Part shown: positions 1-9,959 of the stretch, in pieces
Layout of the letters: each line of letters starts with the position of its first letter
How positions within the stretch are numbered: the stretch's first letter is position 1
Origin: a virus
Lineage: Duplodnaviria > Caudoviricetes
Virus record (IMG/VR): IMGVR_UViG_3300024269_004845
Direction: 5' to 3' (one strand)
Length of the DNA stretch: 64,000 bases
The notes under the pieces: model-generated
What the model saw: only the letters and a program-made list of their open reading frames with translations
What the model was told of the DNA's origin: nothing
The model's database searches: none
Made by a program: the position numbers and the translations under genes

Positions 1-935
1 TAGAACATATCGTCATGGTGTCCGACAGTCTTTTCGCCACTGGAAGTCTCCTTATAGGCGACATTGTCCAAACTATCCATGAGTCGAGTGCACTGGCTAT
101 CAACCATGTCAATCAGGTGCACAATATAGGCGTAGATGGTCTTAGCCTTTTCTTCGTACACGTGATGATGGCCACGGATTACTGAAAGCAGACGATAGAA
201 AAAATCCTCATCATACAGAGATAGGATGTATTCCTTATTGTTGTACAGCAATTCGCAGCCCAGCTCACGGTGAGAAATGAAGCTGTTCTTGACGTATTGA
301 CCCATATACAACTCGTCAATCTTACCCATGTCATGGAAGATGATGCCAGTATAAATGAGGTCCGAGAAAGGAATGAATCGAGGGTCATTCTCAATCATGG
401 TCTTCGCCAGGCGCAACATTTTGACCGTGTGGTTAATTAGACCAGAAGGACAAGCGTCGTGCATACCCTTTGCGGCAAACTCAGTGCAGAAGCGTTCTCG
501 AGTGTTACCAGTAATGATGTGGTTTACTAGCTCCTGAGCCTTCGCAGAAAGCACCGTCTTGACGAAGGTATCAAATTCTGCCTCAAGCTTGATTCTGTCG
601 TGGCCAAGCAGAAAATCTGCAGGGCAATAACCGAAAATATCAGGTTCGATTTTATCCACAACAACACTGGCGGTATTGTTCCAAGTATCGATGGTACCAG
701 CAATGCTGATAACCTTCTTGTCAGCCATGGACTTAAATTCCTCGATATGGTCGCTCCAAACCTTGAAAGGGAGAATCACTCCCTGGTCAGAGAACTGACC
801 ACTGATAAATTGCTTGCCTGTAGAACCTGCCTTGATATCGAAGTTGTGGATATATACCACACCAGAAACCTTGGAGCCCTTCACAAGCTTGTTGTCTGCC
901 ACCTGCTCGATGGTATCCTTAATGTTCATTTTCAT
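1..935 (-). CDS. yhaM: YhaM/CBF1-like 3'-5' exoribonuclease (OB fold + HD domain); runs off the left edge
   Basis: Not in the ORF track; translated by hand from ATG 935 (RBS AAGGAG): MKMNIKDTIEQ...FAAKGMHDACPSGLINHT...GIIFHDMGK...IRGHH...VHLIDMVDS. HD motifs intact. Confidence 0.8.
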   Translation of the reverse strand, partial: MKMNIKDTIEQVADNKLVKGSKVSGVVYIHNFDIKAGSTGKQFISGQFSDQGVILPFKVWSDHIEEFKSMADKKVISIAGTIDTWNNTASVVVDKIEPDIFGYCPADFLLGHDRIKLEAEFDTFVKTVLSAKAQELVNHIITGNTRERFCTEFAAKGMHDACPSGLINHTVKMLRLAKTMIENDPRFIPFSDLIYTGIIFHDMGKIDELYMGQYVKNSFISHRELGCELLYNNKEYILSLYDEDFFYRLLSVIRGHHHVYEEKAKTIYAYIVHLIDMVDSQCTRLMDSLDNVAYKETSSGEKTVGHHDDMF

Positions 936-1045
936 ATTAAATTTCTCCTTCCATATATGTCTTTCCGACCATTTTGATTTGTTACTGAACATATTAAATT
1001 TTATGTTTTTTTTATTGAATATATAATACTAGAAATTTATTTCTA

Positions 1046-1074
1046 TTGATGTAAATGCCTAAATATGATATAAT
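1046..1074 (+). promoter_or_regulatory. sigmaA-type promoter
   Basis: TTGATG-17 bp-TATAAT with extended TG. Confidence 0.65.
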
Positions 1075-1100
1075 ATATATGATAAAAGGAGGTGTTAAAA

Positions 1101-1793
1101 ATGAAGTATATTATTAGTGATATACACGGTGAATATCAAATGTTCTTAAAAATGTTAGAGAAAATAAATTTTTCTAACAGTGATACTTTATATATATTGG
1201 GTGATGTTGTTGACAGGGGACCAGAACCTATAAAGGTTTTGCAATATATAATTGATAAGCCTAATATTATTTTAATTAGGGGTAATCATGAACAAATGAT
1301 GTTGGACGCCATTTGTTTGTCTAAAGACAAAAAAGAATATGTATCTACTATTAATTCTAGGCTGTGGATGAGAAATGGTGGATTTGTTACGGTCGACCAA
1401 TTTTTGAATTTGCCATTCGAGGAACAGAAAAAGATTTATAAGTACATTGGAGGTACAGAATTATTTAAAATTGTTGATAAAAATTTATTGGTTCATGCAG
1501 GAATTCCAATGTATAAGTTTGATTATAAAGATGATGAGGAATTATCGCTGGCGATGAAAAAAGCAAATAAAGATTATTTGCTTTGGGATAGAGATATGGT
1601 ATATAATGATGAATTTTTTTTAGATAATTATCATATTTATATTGGGCATACACCAACACTTAAGTTACATGATACTAATAAAATATATAAGACAATGGGG
1701 TTCACACTTATTGATGGGGGAGCATGCTTTGCTCCTGGAGTATTAATATGTGTGTGTCTTGATAACAATAATGTTTATTATCAAGAAAAATAA
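1101..1793 (+). CDS. Calcineurin-like metallophosphoesterase (PrpA/lambda-phosphatase-like)
   Basis: SDIHG, GDVVDRG, RGNHE, VHAG and GHTPT motifs; RBS AGGAGGTG. Confidence 0.88.
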   Translation: MKYIISDIHGEYQMFLKMLEKINFSNSDTLYILGDVVDRGPEPIKVLQYIIDKPNIILIRGNHEQMMLDAICLSKDKKEYVSTINSRLWMRNGGFVTVDQFLNLPFEEQKKIYKYIGGTELFKIVDKNLLVHAGIPMYKFDYKDDEELSLAMKKANKDYLLWDRDMVYNDEFFLDNYHIYIGHTPTLKLHDTNKIYKTMGFTLIDGGACFAPGVLICVCLDNNNVYYQEK

Positions 1794-1987
1794 CATATAG
1801 TTATTATTATTTTGTAAATAATTAACTATTTATATAAGTATTTTTTATACAATTTATACATATATAATTATTAGATAAGACATTTTTTATCTTTACTTAT
1901 CTTTTTATATGTGTATAATATAATTGTATCAAAAAATGATACCATTTTAAAAATTTAGATTTATTTTTTTTAAAGGAGCGAATTAAA

Positions 1988-2926
1988 ATGAATAAGAAAA
2001 TTACTTCAGCATTAGTATTAACTATGGCCGCAACAATGTCTCTTGGACTTGTTGGATGCGGTAATAAGACAGAGGAAAAGCCCCCTGTGGATAATCCTCC
2101 TGTAGTAGAGGACCAGAACACTCCTTCTACACCAGAAGTTGAAACTCCTGGTACGGAAACTCCTGACGTTGAAACCCCTGAGGTAGTAAGCGTTTCTATG
2201 GATGATGTAGTTAATACTTTGAAGAACACTTACGGTGAGAGATATCTTCCTAGCATGCCTCTTGACCAGGACACCTTCAACATGATGGTTGGTCTAACTT
2301 CTGACATGTACAGCGAATTCTATGCAGAAATGCCTATGATGAGCACTCATGCTGATAGACTTTTCATCGTTAAGACTGACAAGGTAGACGATGTTAAGGC
2401 AGTATTTGATACTTATAAGCAGAGTCTAATTGATGACACTATGCAGTATCCTATGAATATTGCCAAGATTGAAAACTCTGAGGTTTATGTAAAGAATGAT
2501 TATGTAATGTTCTTTATGCTTGGTGGTTATACCGATGAGGAGCCTGCTGGCGCTGAAAACATGACTCCTGAACAGGTTGAAGAAGCTGTTGAAGCTATGC
2601 AGACTGCATATTATGTTGAACAAATGGGTTATGGTTTAAATGCTCTTGATAAGCTATTCCTTGACGGTATAGTTCCTGAGCCTACTGCACCCGAAGTTAC
2701 AGATGAAACCGTTACAGACGAAACTGTTACTGAGGAGAATACCGAAGTGGCAGAAGGAGAAGATGTCAATACTGCTGAACCAGTAGCTGACGTTGTCGAT
2801 GAAACTTCCACTGAAGTTGATGGCACCGTTACCGATGGTGAACCTACTGAAGGTTCCGAAGAGAATACTACTGAAGAAGCATCTGATGTAGAAACTCCTG
2901 CTGAAGAAGTAACTGCTAACAACTAA
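1988..2926 (+). CDS. Lipoprotein, DUF4358-like, with acidic low-complexity tail
   Basis: Lipobox LVGC; QYPMNIAKIENSEV segment; upstream of an MBOAT-DHHW pair as in clostridial operons. Confidence 0.65.
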   Translation: MNKKITSALVLTMAATMSLGLVGCGNKTEEKPPVDNPPVVEDQNTPSTPEVETPGTETPDVETPEVVSVSMDDVVNTLKNTYGERYLPSMPLDQDTFNMMVGLTSDMYSEFYAEMPMMSTHADRLFIVKTDKVDDVKAVFDTYKQSLIDDTMQYPMNIAKIENSEVYVKNDYVMFFMLGGYTDEEPAGAENMTPEQVEEAVEAMQTAYYVEQMGYGLNALDKLFLDGIVPEPTAPEVTDETVTDETVTEENTEVAEGEDVNTAEPVADVVDETSTEVDGTVTDGEPTEGSEENTTEEASDVETPAEEVTANN

Positions 2927-2933
2927 TTAAATT

Positions 2934-2971
2934 TAGTGGAAGGTTAACAAGAAACCTTCCACTATTTTTTT
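2934..2971 (+). terminator. Intrinsic terminator
   Basis: TAGTGGAAGGTT/AACCTTCCACTA stem + T run. Confidence 0.7.
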
Positions 2972-3005
2972 GTCTAAAATAAAATTTAAAGAGGTGAAAA
3001 GAAAC

Positions 3006-4415
3006 ATGGTTTTCAGTAGTCTCGTATTTTTATTTAGGTTCTTGCCTTTGTTTTTGCTTTGCTATTTTCTCGTTCCTGAGAAATATATAAAAACTAGAAA
3101 TTTAGTTTTGTTCTTATTTAGTTTAGTCTTTTATGCTTGGGGAGAGCCTATATATATATGCTTAATGATATTCTCAACGGTATTTGACTATATAAACGGG
3201 TTACTGATTGAGAAATTTGGAGCGGGCTCTAAGAACTCTAAAATGGTATTGATTGTCTCGTTAATAGGGAATTTGGGGTTATTAGGGGTTTTTAAATATA
3301 CAGACTTTATATTATCATCAATAAATTCCGTATTGGGGACATCTATTCCTATGGTTGGATTAGCTCTACCCATTGGCATTTCATTCTATACATTCCAAAC
3401 TTTATCCTATACGATAGATGTTTATCGAGGTGTAGTACCTGCTCAACATAATATTATAAGTTTTGGTGCTTATGTTGCAATGTTTCCTCAGTTAATTGCT
3501 GGTCCGATTGTTCAATTTAAAACGGTTGCAAAGGAACTCAATGAAAGAAAACATACTTGGGATAATTTTTATGTTGGAGTACGTAGATTTTGTATTGGGT
3601 TTACTAAAAAAGCGCTATTAGCCAATAATATTGGCTTTATATGGAGCGAAATATTGAAAAATTATCAAGAGGCTTCCATATTGACTTTATGGCTGGGCAT
3701 AGTTTGTTTTGCATTACAAATTTACTTCGACTTTAGTGGATATAGTGATATGGCTATTGGGCTTGGTAAAATGTGTGGGTTTACATTTCTTGAGAACTTT
3801 AATTATCCATACGTATCAAAGAGTATTACTGAGTTCTGGCGTCGTTGGCATATCAGTTTAGGCAGTTGGTTTAGAGATAATGTGTATATTCCTCTGGGAG
3901 GGAATAGAAAAGGTTATAAGAGGCAGATTTTAAATCTTGCTATTGTATGGTTATTAACTGGTTTTTGGCATGGCGCAAATTGGAATTATGTCTTGTGGGG
4001 TATATATTACGGAGCGCTTATAATTATCGAAAAGGTATTTTTGTTAAAAAAACTAGAAAAAATGCCAGCGATAATTAGTCATATATATACATTGTTTATA
4101 GTTCTTATCGGGTGGGCATTATTTGCGATTGAAGACTTTTCTATATTGGGTAATTATATGGCTGGTATGTTTGGTGCTAGTGGGTTAGCATTTATTGATA
4201 ATCAGTTCGTATATTATTTGCAAAATTATGGGATTTTGTTAATAATCGGAATGCTTGCTAGTATTGAAGTTTTTAAAATTAAAGAAACACAACTAAAACA
4301 AAAACACATTTGGATTGAAAATCTTGAAAACGTCGCAATTATTGCAATGTTTGTTATTAGTTTGGCAATGATTGTAAGTTCTACTTACAATCCATTCTTG
4401 TACTTTAGATTCTAA
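3006..4415 (+). CDS. MBOAT O-acyltransferase (AlgI/PatA/DltB family)
   Basis: MVFSS start, LPIGISFYTFQ, FPQLIAGPI, DFSGYSDMAIG, EFWRRWHISL, GFWHGA, FLYFRF end. Confidence 0.93.
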   Translation: MVFSSLVFLFRFLPLFLLCYFLVPEKYIKTRNLVLFLFSLVFYAWGEPIYICLMIFSTVFDYINGLLIEKFGAGSKNSKMVLIVSLIGNLGLLGVFKYTDFILSSINSVLGTSIPMVGLALPIGISFYTFQTLSYTIDVYRGVVPAQHNIISFGAYVAMFPQLIAGPIVQFKTVAKELNERKHTWDNFYVGVRRFCIGFTKKALLANNIGFIWSEILKNYQEASILTLWLGIVCFALQIYFDFSGYSDMAIGLGKMCGFTFLENFNYPYVSKSITEFWRRWHISLGSWFRDNVYIPLGGNRKGYKRQILNLAIVWLLTGFWHGANWNYVLWGIYYGALIIIEKVFLLKKLEKMPAIISHIYTLFIVLIGWALFAIEDFSILGNYMAGMFGASGLAFIDNQFVYYLQNYGILLIIGMLASIEVFKIKETQLKQKHIWIENLENVAIIAMFVISLAMIVSSTYNPFLYFRF

Positions 4416-4430
4416 AAGGGGGGATATAAG

Positions 4431-5549
4431 ATGAAGCAAAAAATAGTTAGTTCATTGTTCTTGTTTGTGGTATTTGGATTTTTCATTGTTAGTTTTATTA
4501 TCCCTGATAAAGATTTTTCATATAACGAAAACAGAGAATTAGCTCAGAAACCTGAATTAAGTATTGAAAATATTTTCAGCGGAAAGTTTATGGAAGAATT
4601 TGAAAGTTATGTAACTGACCAAGTATATTTGAGAGATGAGTTTGTTACATTTAGTACAAATATTAAATTATTACTTGGGCAAAAAGAAATTAATGGGGTT
4701 TATTTTTCCAACAATTATTTTGTTGAAAAATTTCAAGAAACTGATATTGATATCGAATTATTAAATAAATCCAAAGAATTTATTTCTACATTTTTGAAAA
4801 ATCATTCCAATGCTAAAATTGCAATTATTCCTACCGCTGGTGGGGTAGTAGATGGATTGTATCCAAAATATTCAAACAACGTAAATCAAGAAGAATTAAT
4901 AAAAGAAATTTATAATTCTGTTGGTTCTGCTCAGAGCATTGACATCTTTGAATATTTAAAAAATCATCAAGAAGAAAACATATATTACAGGACGGACCAC
5001 CATTGGACAACGTTGGGGGCATATTACGGCTATGAGGCTATTATGGATGCTTTTGGCATGGAGATTATAGGGTTAGATAAATACAACAAAGAAGTCGTAG
5101 ATAATAAATTTCAGGGGACTATACAATCTAAAGTGAATTATGATATTGGTTATGATGAGATTATCAAATATGTTCCCACTTTTGAAGTAGATTATTTAAT
5201 GACTTTGAATGAAGACAAGAGTACTGAAACAAATTCTTTGTATGATGAAAAGAAATTAACTAGCAAGGAGAAATATGCAGTATTTCTTGGTGGAAACAAC
5301 GCTGCAACCAGGATAAAAAATGCATCGGTTGAGAACAATAAAAAAATATTAATTATTAAGGATTCTTATAGTCATTGTATGACACCTTTTATTGTCAATA
5401 ATTATTCGGAAGTGCTTCTATTAGATATGCGATATTTTATGGGAGGCATAGATACTTTCCTTAATGGCGAAGAATTTGATGATATTTTAATTATGTATAA
5501 TTTAAAGAACCTAGTAGAAGATAGAAATTTAATTCGATTGAATAAATAA
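4431..5549 (+). CDS. DHHW-family (AlgJ/PatB-like SGNH) acetyltransferase partner
   Basis: ENRELAQKP, YYRTDHHWT, KDSY motifs; N-terminal TM. Confidence 0.88.
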   Translation: MKQKIVSSLFLFVVFGFFIVSFIIPDKDFSYNENRELAQKPELSIENIFSGKFMEEFESYVTDQVYLRDEFVTFSTNIKLLLGQKEINGVYFSNNYFVEKFQETDIDIELLNKSKEFISTFLKNHSNAKIAIIPTAGGVVDGLYPKYSNNVNQEELIKEIYNSVGSAQSIDIFEYLKNHQEENIYYRTDHHWTTLGAYYGYEAIMDAFGMEIIGLDKYNKEVVDNKFQGTIQSKVNYDIGYDEIIKYVPTFEVDYLMTLNEDKSTETNSLYDEKKLTSKEKYAVFLGGNNAATRIKNASVENNKKILIIKDSYSHCMTPFIVNNYSEVLLLDMRYFMGGIDTFLNGEEFDDILIMYNLKNLVEDRNLIRLNK

Positions 5550-5589
5550 CAAAAAAGCCATTGGATATCCAATGGCTTTTTTGTTATTT
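5544..5589. terminator. Bidirectional terminator, perfect 46-bp palindrome
   Basis: AAATAACAAAAAAGCCATTGGAT|ATCCAATGGCTTTTTTGTTATTT; contains the stop codons of both convergent genes. Confidence 0.85.
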
Positions 5590-6237
5590 TGTTGTTGTAT
5601 AGCACCAGCTTTGTGGAGCCTTTTTAATTGGTTCGTTTTGTGCATTTAAAAATTCAGTAATTGGAACTGGAGTTTTGAATTGTACTGGCGAGGAAACTTC
5701 GAAAACATAAGAATAATGACTTTCACAGCAATCATTGTAATAACCAATGTTTTCTAGCCAACTATCACATTCGCTAATTATTTTTTCTGAATTTTTCTTA
5801 TTCTTTATAAAGGTTTTATCCATATATTCTTTTATTCCAAGCTCTGGCATATCATGGTTTTTCTCCATATAATCGAGAACCTCTGAACAATACATATATG
5901 AGTAGACAATATCCTGATAATGATGGTCCATTACAATATTTGCACATTTGTTTATTAGTTTGTAAAGTTCTTCGTCCTTTTTTATTTCTTTTGCCCAATA
6001 TTCTATAAAAGAAGTATATCCACATCGACCACATTTAGGAATTTTATATGCGTTTTTTAATGTGAAGTATCCTACGACCATTTTCTTCCCAAGATTTCGA
6101 TATGTTTCATAAATAAAAATCTTATCTCCTGGGTTTAAGTTTTTAGGTAAGCTGTTTCTAAATTCTAATGTTTTTTCACCTGAAAATATTTTATTTGCCC
6201 AAACATTATGAATTGAAATTATAATATTCATAGACAT
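5584..6237 (-). CDS. ASCH/PUA-like domain protein
   Basis: ISIH..WANKIFSGEKTLEFR...IFIYET...VVGYF and C-terminal APQSWCY, with a central insertion. Confidence 0.75.
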   Translation of the reverse strand: MSMNIIISIHNVWANKIFSGEKTLEFRNSLPKNLNPGDKIFIYETYRNLGKKMVVGYFTLKNAYKIPKCGRCGYTSFIEYWAKEIKKDEELYKLINKCANIVMDHHYQDIVYSYMYCSEVLDYMEKNHDMPELGIKEYMDKTFIKNKKNSEKIISECDSWLENIGYYNDCCESHYSYVFEVSSPVQFKTPVPITEFLNAQNEPIKKAPQSWCYTTTK

Positions 6238-6296
6238 TTTTTCCTTTCCTATTAACATTTATGATTGTTTTGCTCTATTATTTTTTTGTGATAAAA

Positions 6297-6325
6297 AATC
6301 CCGACTGCGAAAAGCAGTCGGGATT
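6297..6325 (-). terminator. Terminator after ftsH
   Basis: AATCCCGACTGC/GCAGTCGGGATT stem. Confidence 0.7.
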
Positions 6326-6331
6326 GTGTTT

Positions 6332-8164
6332 TTATTCAATCGCTGCACAATCACTAACGACGGTATCGAAACTATTTTCGATTATTTCGCCATTAATTAG
6401 GGCATCAAGCTCCGCACCATCAATGCTCTCTTTTTCAATTAAGCGGTTTGCAATGCGCTCAAGGGTGGATTCATTTGCTTTTAATAGGTCGATTGTCTCT
6501 TGATATAAGGTGGTAGCCATTCTAGAAGCTTCTGAAAGAATATCTTTGTCCGTATTTTCAAATTGGTCAAGAGCTAACATACCATTATCACCCATACCAT
6601 AAGTACCGATATAGTCCTTAATTAAGTTGGTAGCCTGCTTAATATCCTGGCTTGCGCCCGTAGTAATTTCGTCATCATCCTTTAAAAGGATATATTCAGC
6701 AGCACGACCTGCGTACATAACCTTTATTAAGTTGCGCAGGTATTTCTTACTTTGGACAGCTTTTTCCTTGGGGCTTCTAAAAGTGACTCCACCTGCTCCA
6801 GATGTGGAACCAACGATTGTTACAGAAGGAACATCGTCATCAGTTAGTAGCTTTGTGGCTAAAGCATGACCAGATTCGTGATATGCAATCAGGCGATTTT
6901 CTGCAGAATCACGCTTGCTTTGCTTCTTGTTACCACGCATGACAATCTGGAAAAAGGCATCTTCTATGTGCTCGGAAGAAATAACTTTTGCTTTCTTGCT
7001 AATAGCAATAAGTGCAGATTCATTAAGAAGACCTTCCAGTTCAGCGCCACTAAATCCCATGGTTTTATCAGATAGATTGTGTAGGTCAACACCGCTATCA
7101 AGCTTTTTATTTTTCGCATGACGAGCAAGAATTTCATATCTTCCCTGTTTGTCAGGTAGAGGAACGGCTAGCTGCTTATCGAAACGACCAGGACGAATTA
7201 GAGCGCTATCCAACATGTCTAGGCGGTTCGTGGCACAAATGGTCAGAATGCCTTCCTTGCCTTTAAAACCGTCTAGCTCAGTTAGTAAAGCGTTGATAGT
7301 CTGGTCTCGTTCGCTATTCTGAGATAGACCACGCTTACCACCAATAGCATCAATTTCGTCGATAAAAACAATACAAGGAGCGATTTTGCGAGCCTGAGCG
7401 TATAGATTACGAATACGCTGAGCGCCAACACCGACATACATTTCAATAAAGTCGGAGCCGCTTGCACTTAAGAATGGTACTCCAGCACTTCCAGCAATGG
7501 CCTTGGCAATTAGAGTCTTACCAGTTCCAGGAGGGCCATATAGAACGATACCCTTAGGCATTCTAGCACCCATTTCAGTAAGTAGGGATGGATTCTTTAG
7601 ACATTCAATATCGTTTTGAACACTAGCCTTTAATTCATCGCAACCGCTTACATCGTCAAATGTTACATTTGGCTTTTCGGCAACAACTGCACCATTATTG
7701 GTCCCTCCTCGTTCTTTCTGCTGTAGCATGTCAATGTTCTTCATTGCAGAATCGGTCATTTTGCCAAGACCTGCCATAATAATGGCGGTTACAAGACCAA
7801 ACGCACCAAGCACAAGAAGCACAACAGTTAATGGAGACATACCACTGGAAGAGGTAATGACCTGTTCAACTTCGGCTAGTTCATTAAGTTCAAGAAGAGG
7901 GGTTAATTCTTCATTATATTCTAAAACCTTATAATGGCCTGCTTCAGTTTTGTAATAAGCAGTAGAACCATCAATTACAACTTTAATAACTTCTCCATTA
8001 TTTACCTGGCTCAGAAGAGTTTCATTAGTAACAGATTCGTACTTGACAAAAGGTTCTGGCGTTACTGCAAAATGGTTAAATGCAGAGTTAATAAGGAATG
8101 TCAAACAAATGGTGATAGTTAAAAAAGTAATTAGAGATACACCCGTGTTTTTATTAGTTTGCAT
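6332..8164 (-). CDS. ftsH: ATP-dependent zinc metalloprotease FtsH (divergent)
   Basis: Two N-terminal TMs, GPPGTGKT, VFIDEID, ATNR...RPGRFD, HESGH; start moved to ATG 8164 (RBS GAGGAGG). Confidence 0.93.
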   Translation of the reverse strand: MQTNKNTGVSLITFLTITICLTFLINSAFNHFAVTPEPFVKYESVTNETLLSQVNNGEVIKVVIDGSTAYYKTEAGHYKVLEYNEELTPLLELNELAEVEQVITSSSGMSPLTVVLLVLGAFGLVTAIIMAGLGKMTDSAMKNIDMLQQKERGGTNNGAVVAEKPNVTFDDVSGCDELKASVQNDIECLKNPSLLTEMGARMPKGIVLYGPPGTGKTLIAKAIAGSAGVPFLSASGSDFIEMYVGVGAQRIRNLYAQARKIAPCIVFIDEIDAIGGKRGLSQNSERDQTINALLTELDGFKGKEGILTICATNRLDMLDSALIRPGRFDKQLAVPLPDKQGRYEILARHAKNKKLDSGVDLHNLSDKTMGFSGAELEGLLNESALIAISKKAKVISSEHIEDAFFQIVMRGNKKQSKRDSAENRLIAYHESGHALATKLLTDDDVPSVTIVGSTSGAGGVTFRSPKEKAVQSKKYLRNLIKVMYAGRAAEYILLKDDDEITTGASQDIKQATNLIKDYIGTYGMGDNGMLALDQFENTDKDILSEASRMATTLYQETIDLLKANESTLERIANRLIEKESIDGAELDALINGEIIENSFDTVVSDCAAIE

Positions 8165-8192
8165 GTTAATCCTCCTCAAATAATCTAAATAT

Positions 8193-8221
8193 ATAATAAC
8201 ATATTTTTGATAAAATATCAA
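8193..8221 (-). promoter_or_regulatory. sigmaA-type promoter of ftsH
   Basis: TTGATA-17-TATTAT with TG; near-identical to the promoter at 10824-10852. Confidence 0.6.
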
Positions 8222-8376
8222 GGTTTGTGCAAATATTTCTTTAGATATTTTATGAAAAATAAAAAGTAGTAATTCGTCGTTTTTGCATATAGACAAATTA
8301 GAAAAAATATGATATAATATAAATAGAAATAAAAAATTTCTAACAATTAAATACCGTTATAGAAAGGTGGAATTTT

Positions 8377-8832
8377 ATGAAGATTATTGACGACACTAAT
8401 TTCACAATTCAGGATTATAAGGATGCGCTTGGGTATTTAAAATATTTAAGTAAAGAACATCCCGAAATGTCTCAGGATTGCTTCGAGGATATAGATGCAA
8501 TCAAAAACATTTTGGAAGAAGCAGAGATTGAAAAGCTTGATAATATTCAGAGCAAGCGAAATAAACAACAGCGCAAAAGAAGAGAGTATTATAAGAAGAA
8601 GAAATTGTATGAGAATACAAAAAACTCTTGGGGTGCTCCTATTTACAAACATGAAGACGGTAGTTTGAGGCGTTGTAGTTGGGGAGAAAATAGAAAAAGA
8701 TTCTATAAAAAGCATAGCAATAGGTTAAATCGTAGAAATTCAAATAAAATGTTGAGAACTCTTGGTACATACGAATGTAGAAAAGGGAATCATTATCGTA
8801 GAGTTTTTGACTATGCTTGGGAAATAGATTAA
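8377..8832 (+). CDS. Basic hypothetical protein
   Basis: RBS, promoter TAGACA-17-TATAAT upstream, terminator at 8837-8861. Confidence 0.7.
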   Translation: MKIIDDTNFTIQDYKDALGYLKYLSKEHPEMSQDCFEDIDAIKNILEEAEIEKLDNIQSKRNKQQRKRREYYKKKKLYENTKNSWGAPIYKHEDGSLRRCSWGENRKRFYKKHSNRLNRRNSNKMLRTLGTYECRKGNHYRRVFDYAWEID

Positions 8833-8836
8833 ATCG

Positions 8837-8903
8837 TAGAGCGGCCATGTTGGCCGCTCTATTTGTATATATCAAAAAAGCGTCTGGAGACCCCAGACGC
8901 TTT
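8837..8903. terminator. Two back-to-back hairpins between convergent genes
   Basis: TAGAGCGGCCA/TGGCCGCTCTA and AAAGCGTCTGG/CCAGACGCTTT. Confidence 0.7.
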
Positions 8904-8907
8904 AATA

Positions 8908-9942
8908 TTAATAGAGAACATAGCTACGACCGCCATCATAGGCCTTAACAAATTTTTCTCCTTCATTGGTCTTTTCAAGGTTTTCAAATAGACCCTTGGT
9001 GAATACCATGGAAACAATATCCGCCAGGAGCATTGCATGCTTAGTACGAGGAGTAATGGAAGGATTATATTCAAGCTTACTCTTGGAAGAAACAATCATA
9101 TGAATAAGTTCCTTTATGATATCGGAATTAACATCATAAGAATTGCCATCCTTGTCAGTTTTTCCTTCCATCTTCATTAACTCTCTGGTTATGATGTCTC
9201 TGGTTACCAAAGTGTCGTTATCAACGATGTTACTTTCTGTTTTTACGATGTTCCCACCTTCATCAAATTCGAGCATAAATGCTCGACCAACATTACAGAG
9301 AATCGCTCCCGCAAGCATTAGGTCCATATTAAACTTAGGAGAACTATCTCCAAAGTTAGAATTGAGAGCAGTTACTGTAGAATGAGTAAGATTAATTGTA
9401 TCCGCAATCATATTAATGATTCCATGTCTTTCATTATATGCAGAATGTTCGGTAGCGGGGTTTTCCATAATCTTTGCTACCGTTTCCTTGTTCTTATACA
9501 CTTCAAAGCAGAGCTTGTTTAGTGTTTTATCTTCAATTCGGGAAAGAGCGGCTTTCAGCTGTGCGGAGGACGTGTTCTTCTCTTCTTCTTTCTTTTCTTC
9601 GACTTCCTTTTTTTCTTCTTCGGAAAGAACTTCACAATGAATGTTGTGGATTTCAATTGCCTGATAGTTCTTTGTGCCAACAGTATTGGTTACAAACTTA
9701 ATATCTGCGACGCAAGGAATCTTCTGTCCGATGTGCTCTTCAAAAAATTTAAACAGCTTGTTACTAGGGAAAACCAACTGGTTAATAGAGTTTTTGCTAA
9801 CATCATCAGTAAGCTTCAGCAAAATATTAGAGTTGCTTTTCACAACTTCTATCTTGCCAGAAATCTGGACTAGAGCTCCGTCCTTAAATACCAGTTTGGA
9901 AGGTTCATATACAAGTTCTTTTTCCATAAACTTCTTAATCAT
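8908..9942 (-). CDS. YhaM-like OB+HD protein with degenerate active site
   Basis: YhaM layout (PATEHS, AGAILCNVGR, LIHMIVSS, PRTKHAMLLAD) but HD replaced by CN. Confidence 0.65.
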   Translation of the reverse strand: MIKKFMEKELVYEPSKLVFKDGALVQISGKIEVVKSNSNILLKLTDDVSKNSINQLVFPSNKLFKFFEEHIGQKIPCVADIKFVTNTVGTKNYQAIEIHNIHCEVLSEEEKKEVEEKKEEEKNTSSAQLKAALSRIEDKTLNKLCFEVYKNKETVAKIMENPATEHSAYNERHGIINMIADTINLTHSTVTALNSNFGDSSPKFNMDLMLAGAILCNVGRAFMLEFDEGGNIVKTESNIVDNDTLVTRDIITRELMKMEGKTDKDGNSYDVNSDIIKELIHMIVSSKSKLEYNPSITPRTKHAMLLADIVSMVFTKGLFENLEKTNEGEKFVKAYDGGRSYVLY

Positions 9943-9959
9943 AACATATATCTCCTTTT

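Noticed and set aside
179-1026. Short ORFs listed in the track at the left end
   Set aside because: They overlap the real minus-strand yhaM frame, which the track missed because it is open at the edge.
2100-2920. Short repeats in the lipoprotein gene (ETP, VTDET)
   Set aside because: Ordinary low-complexity linker coding repeats.
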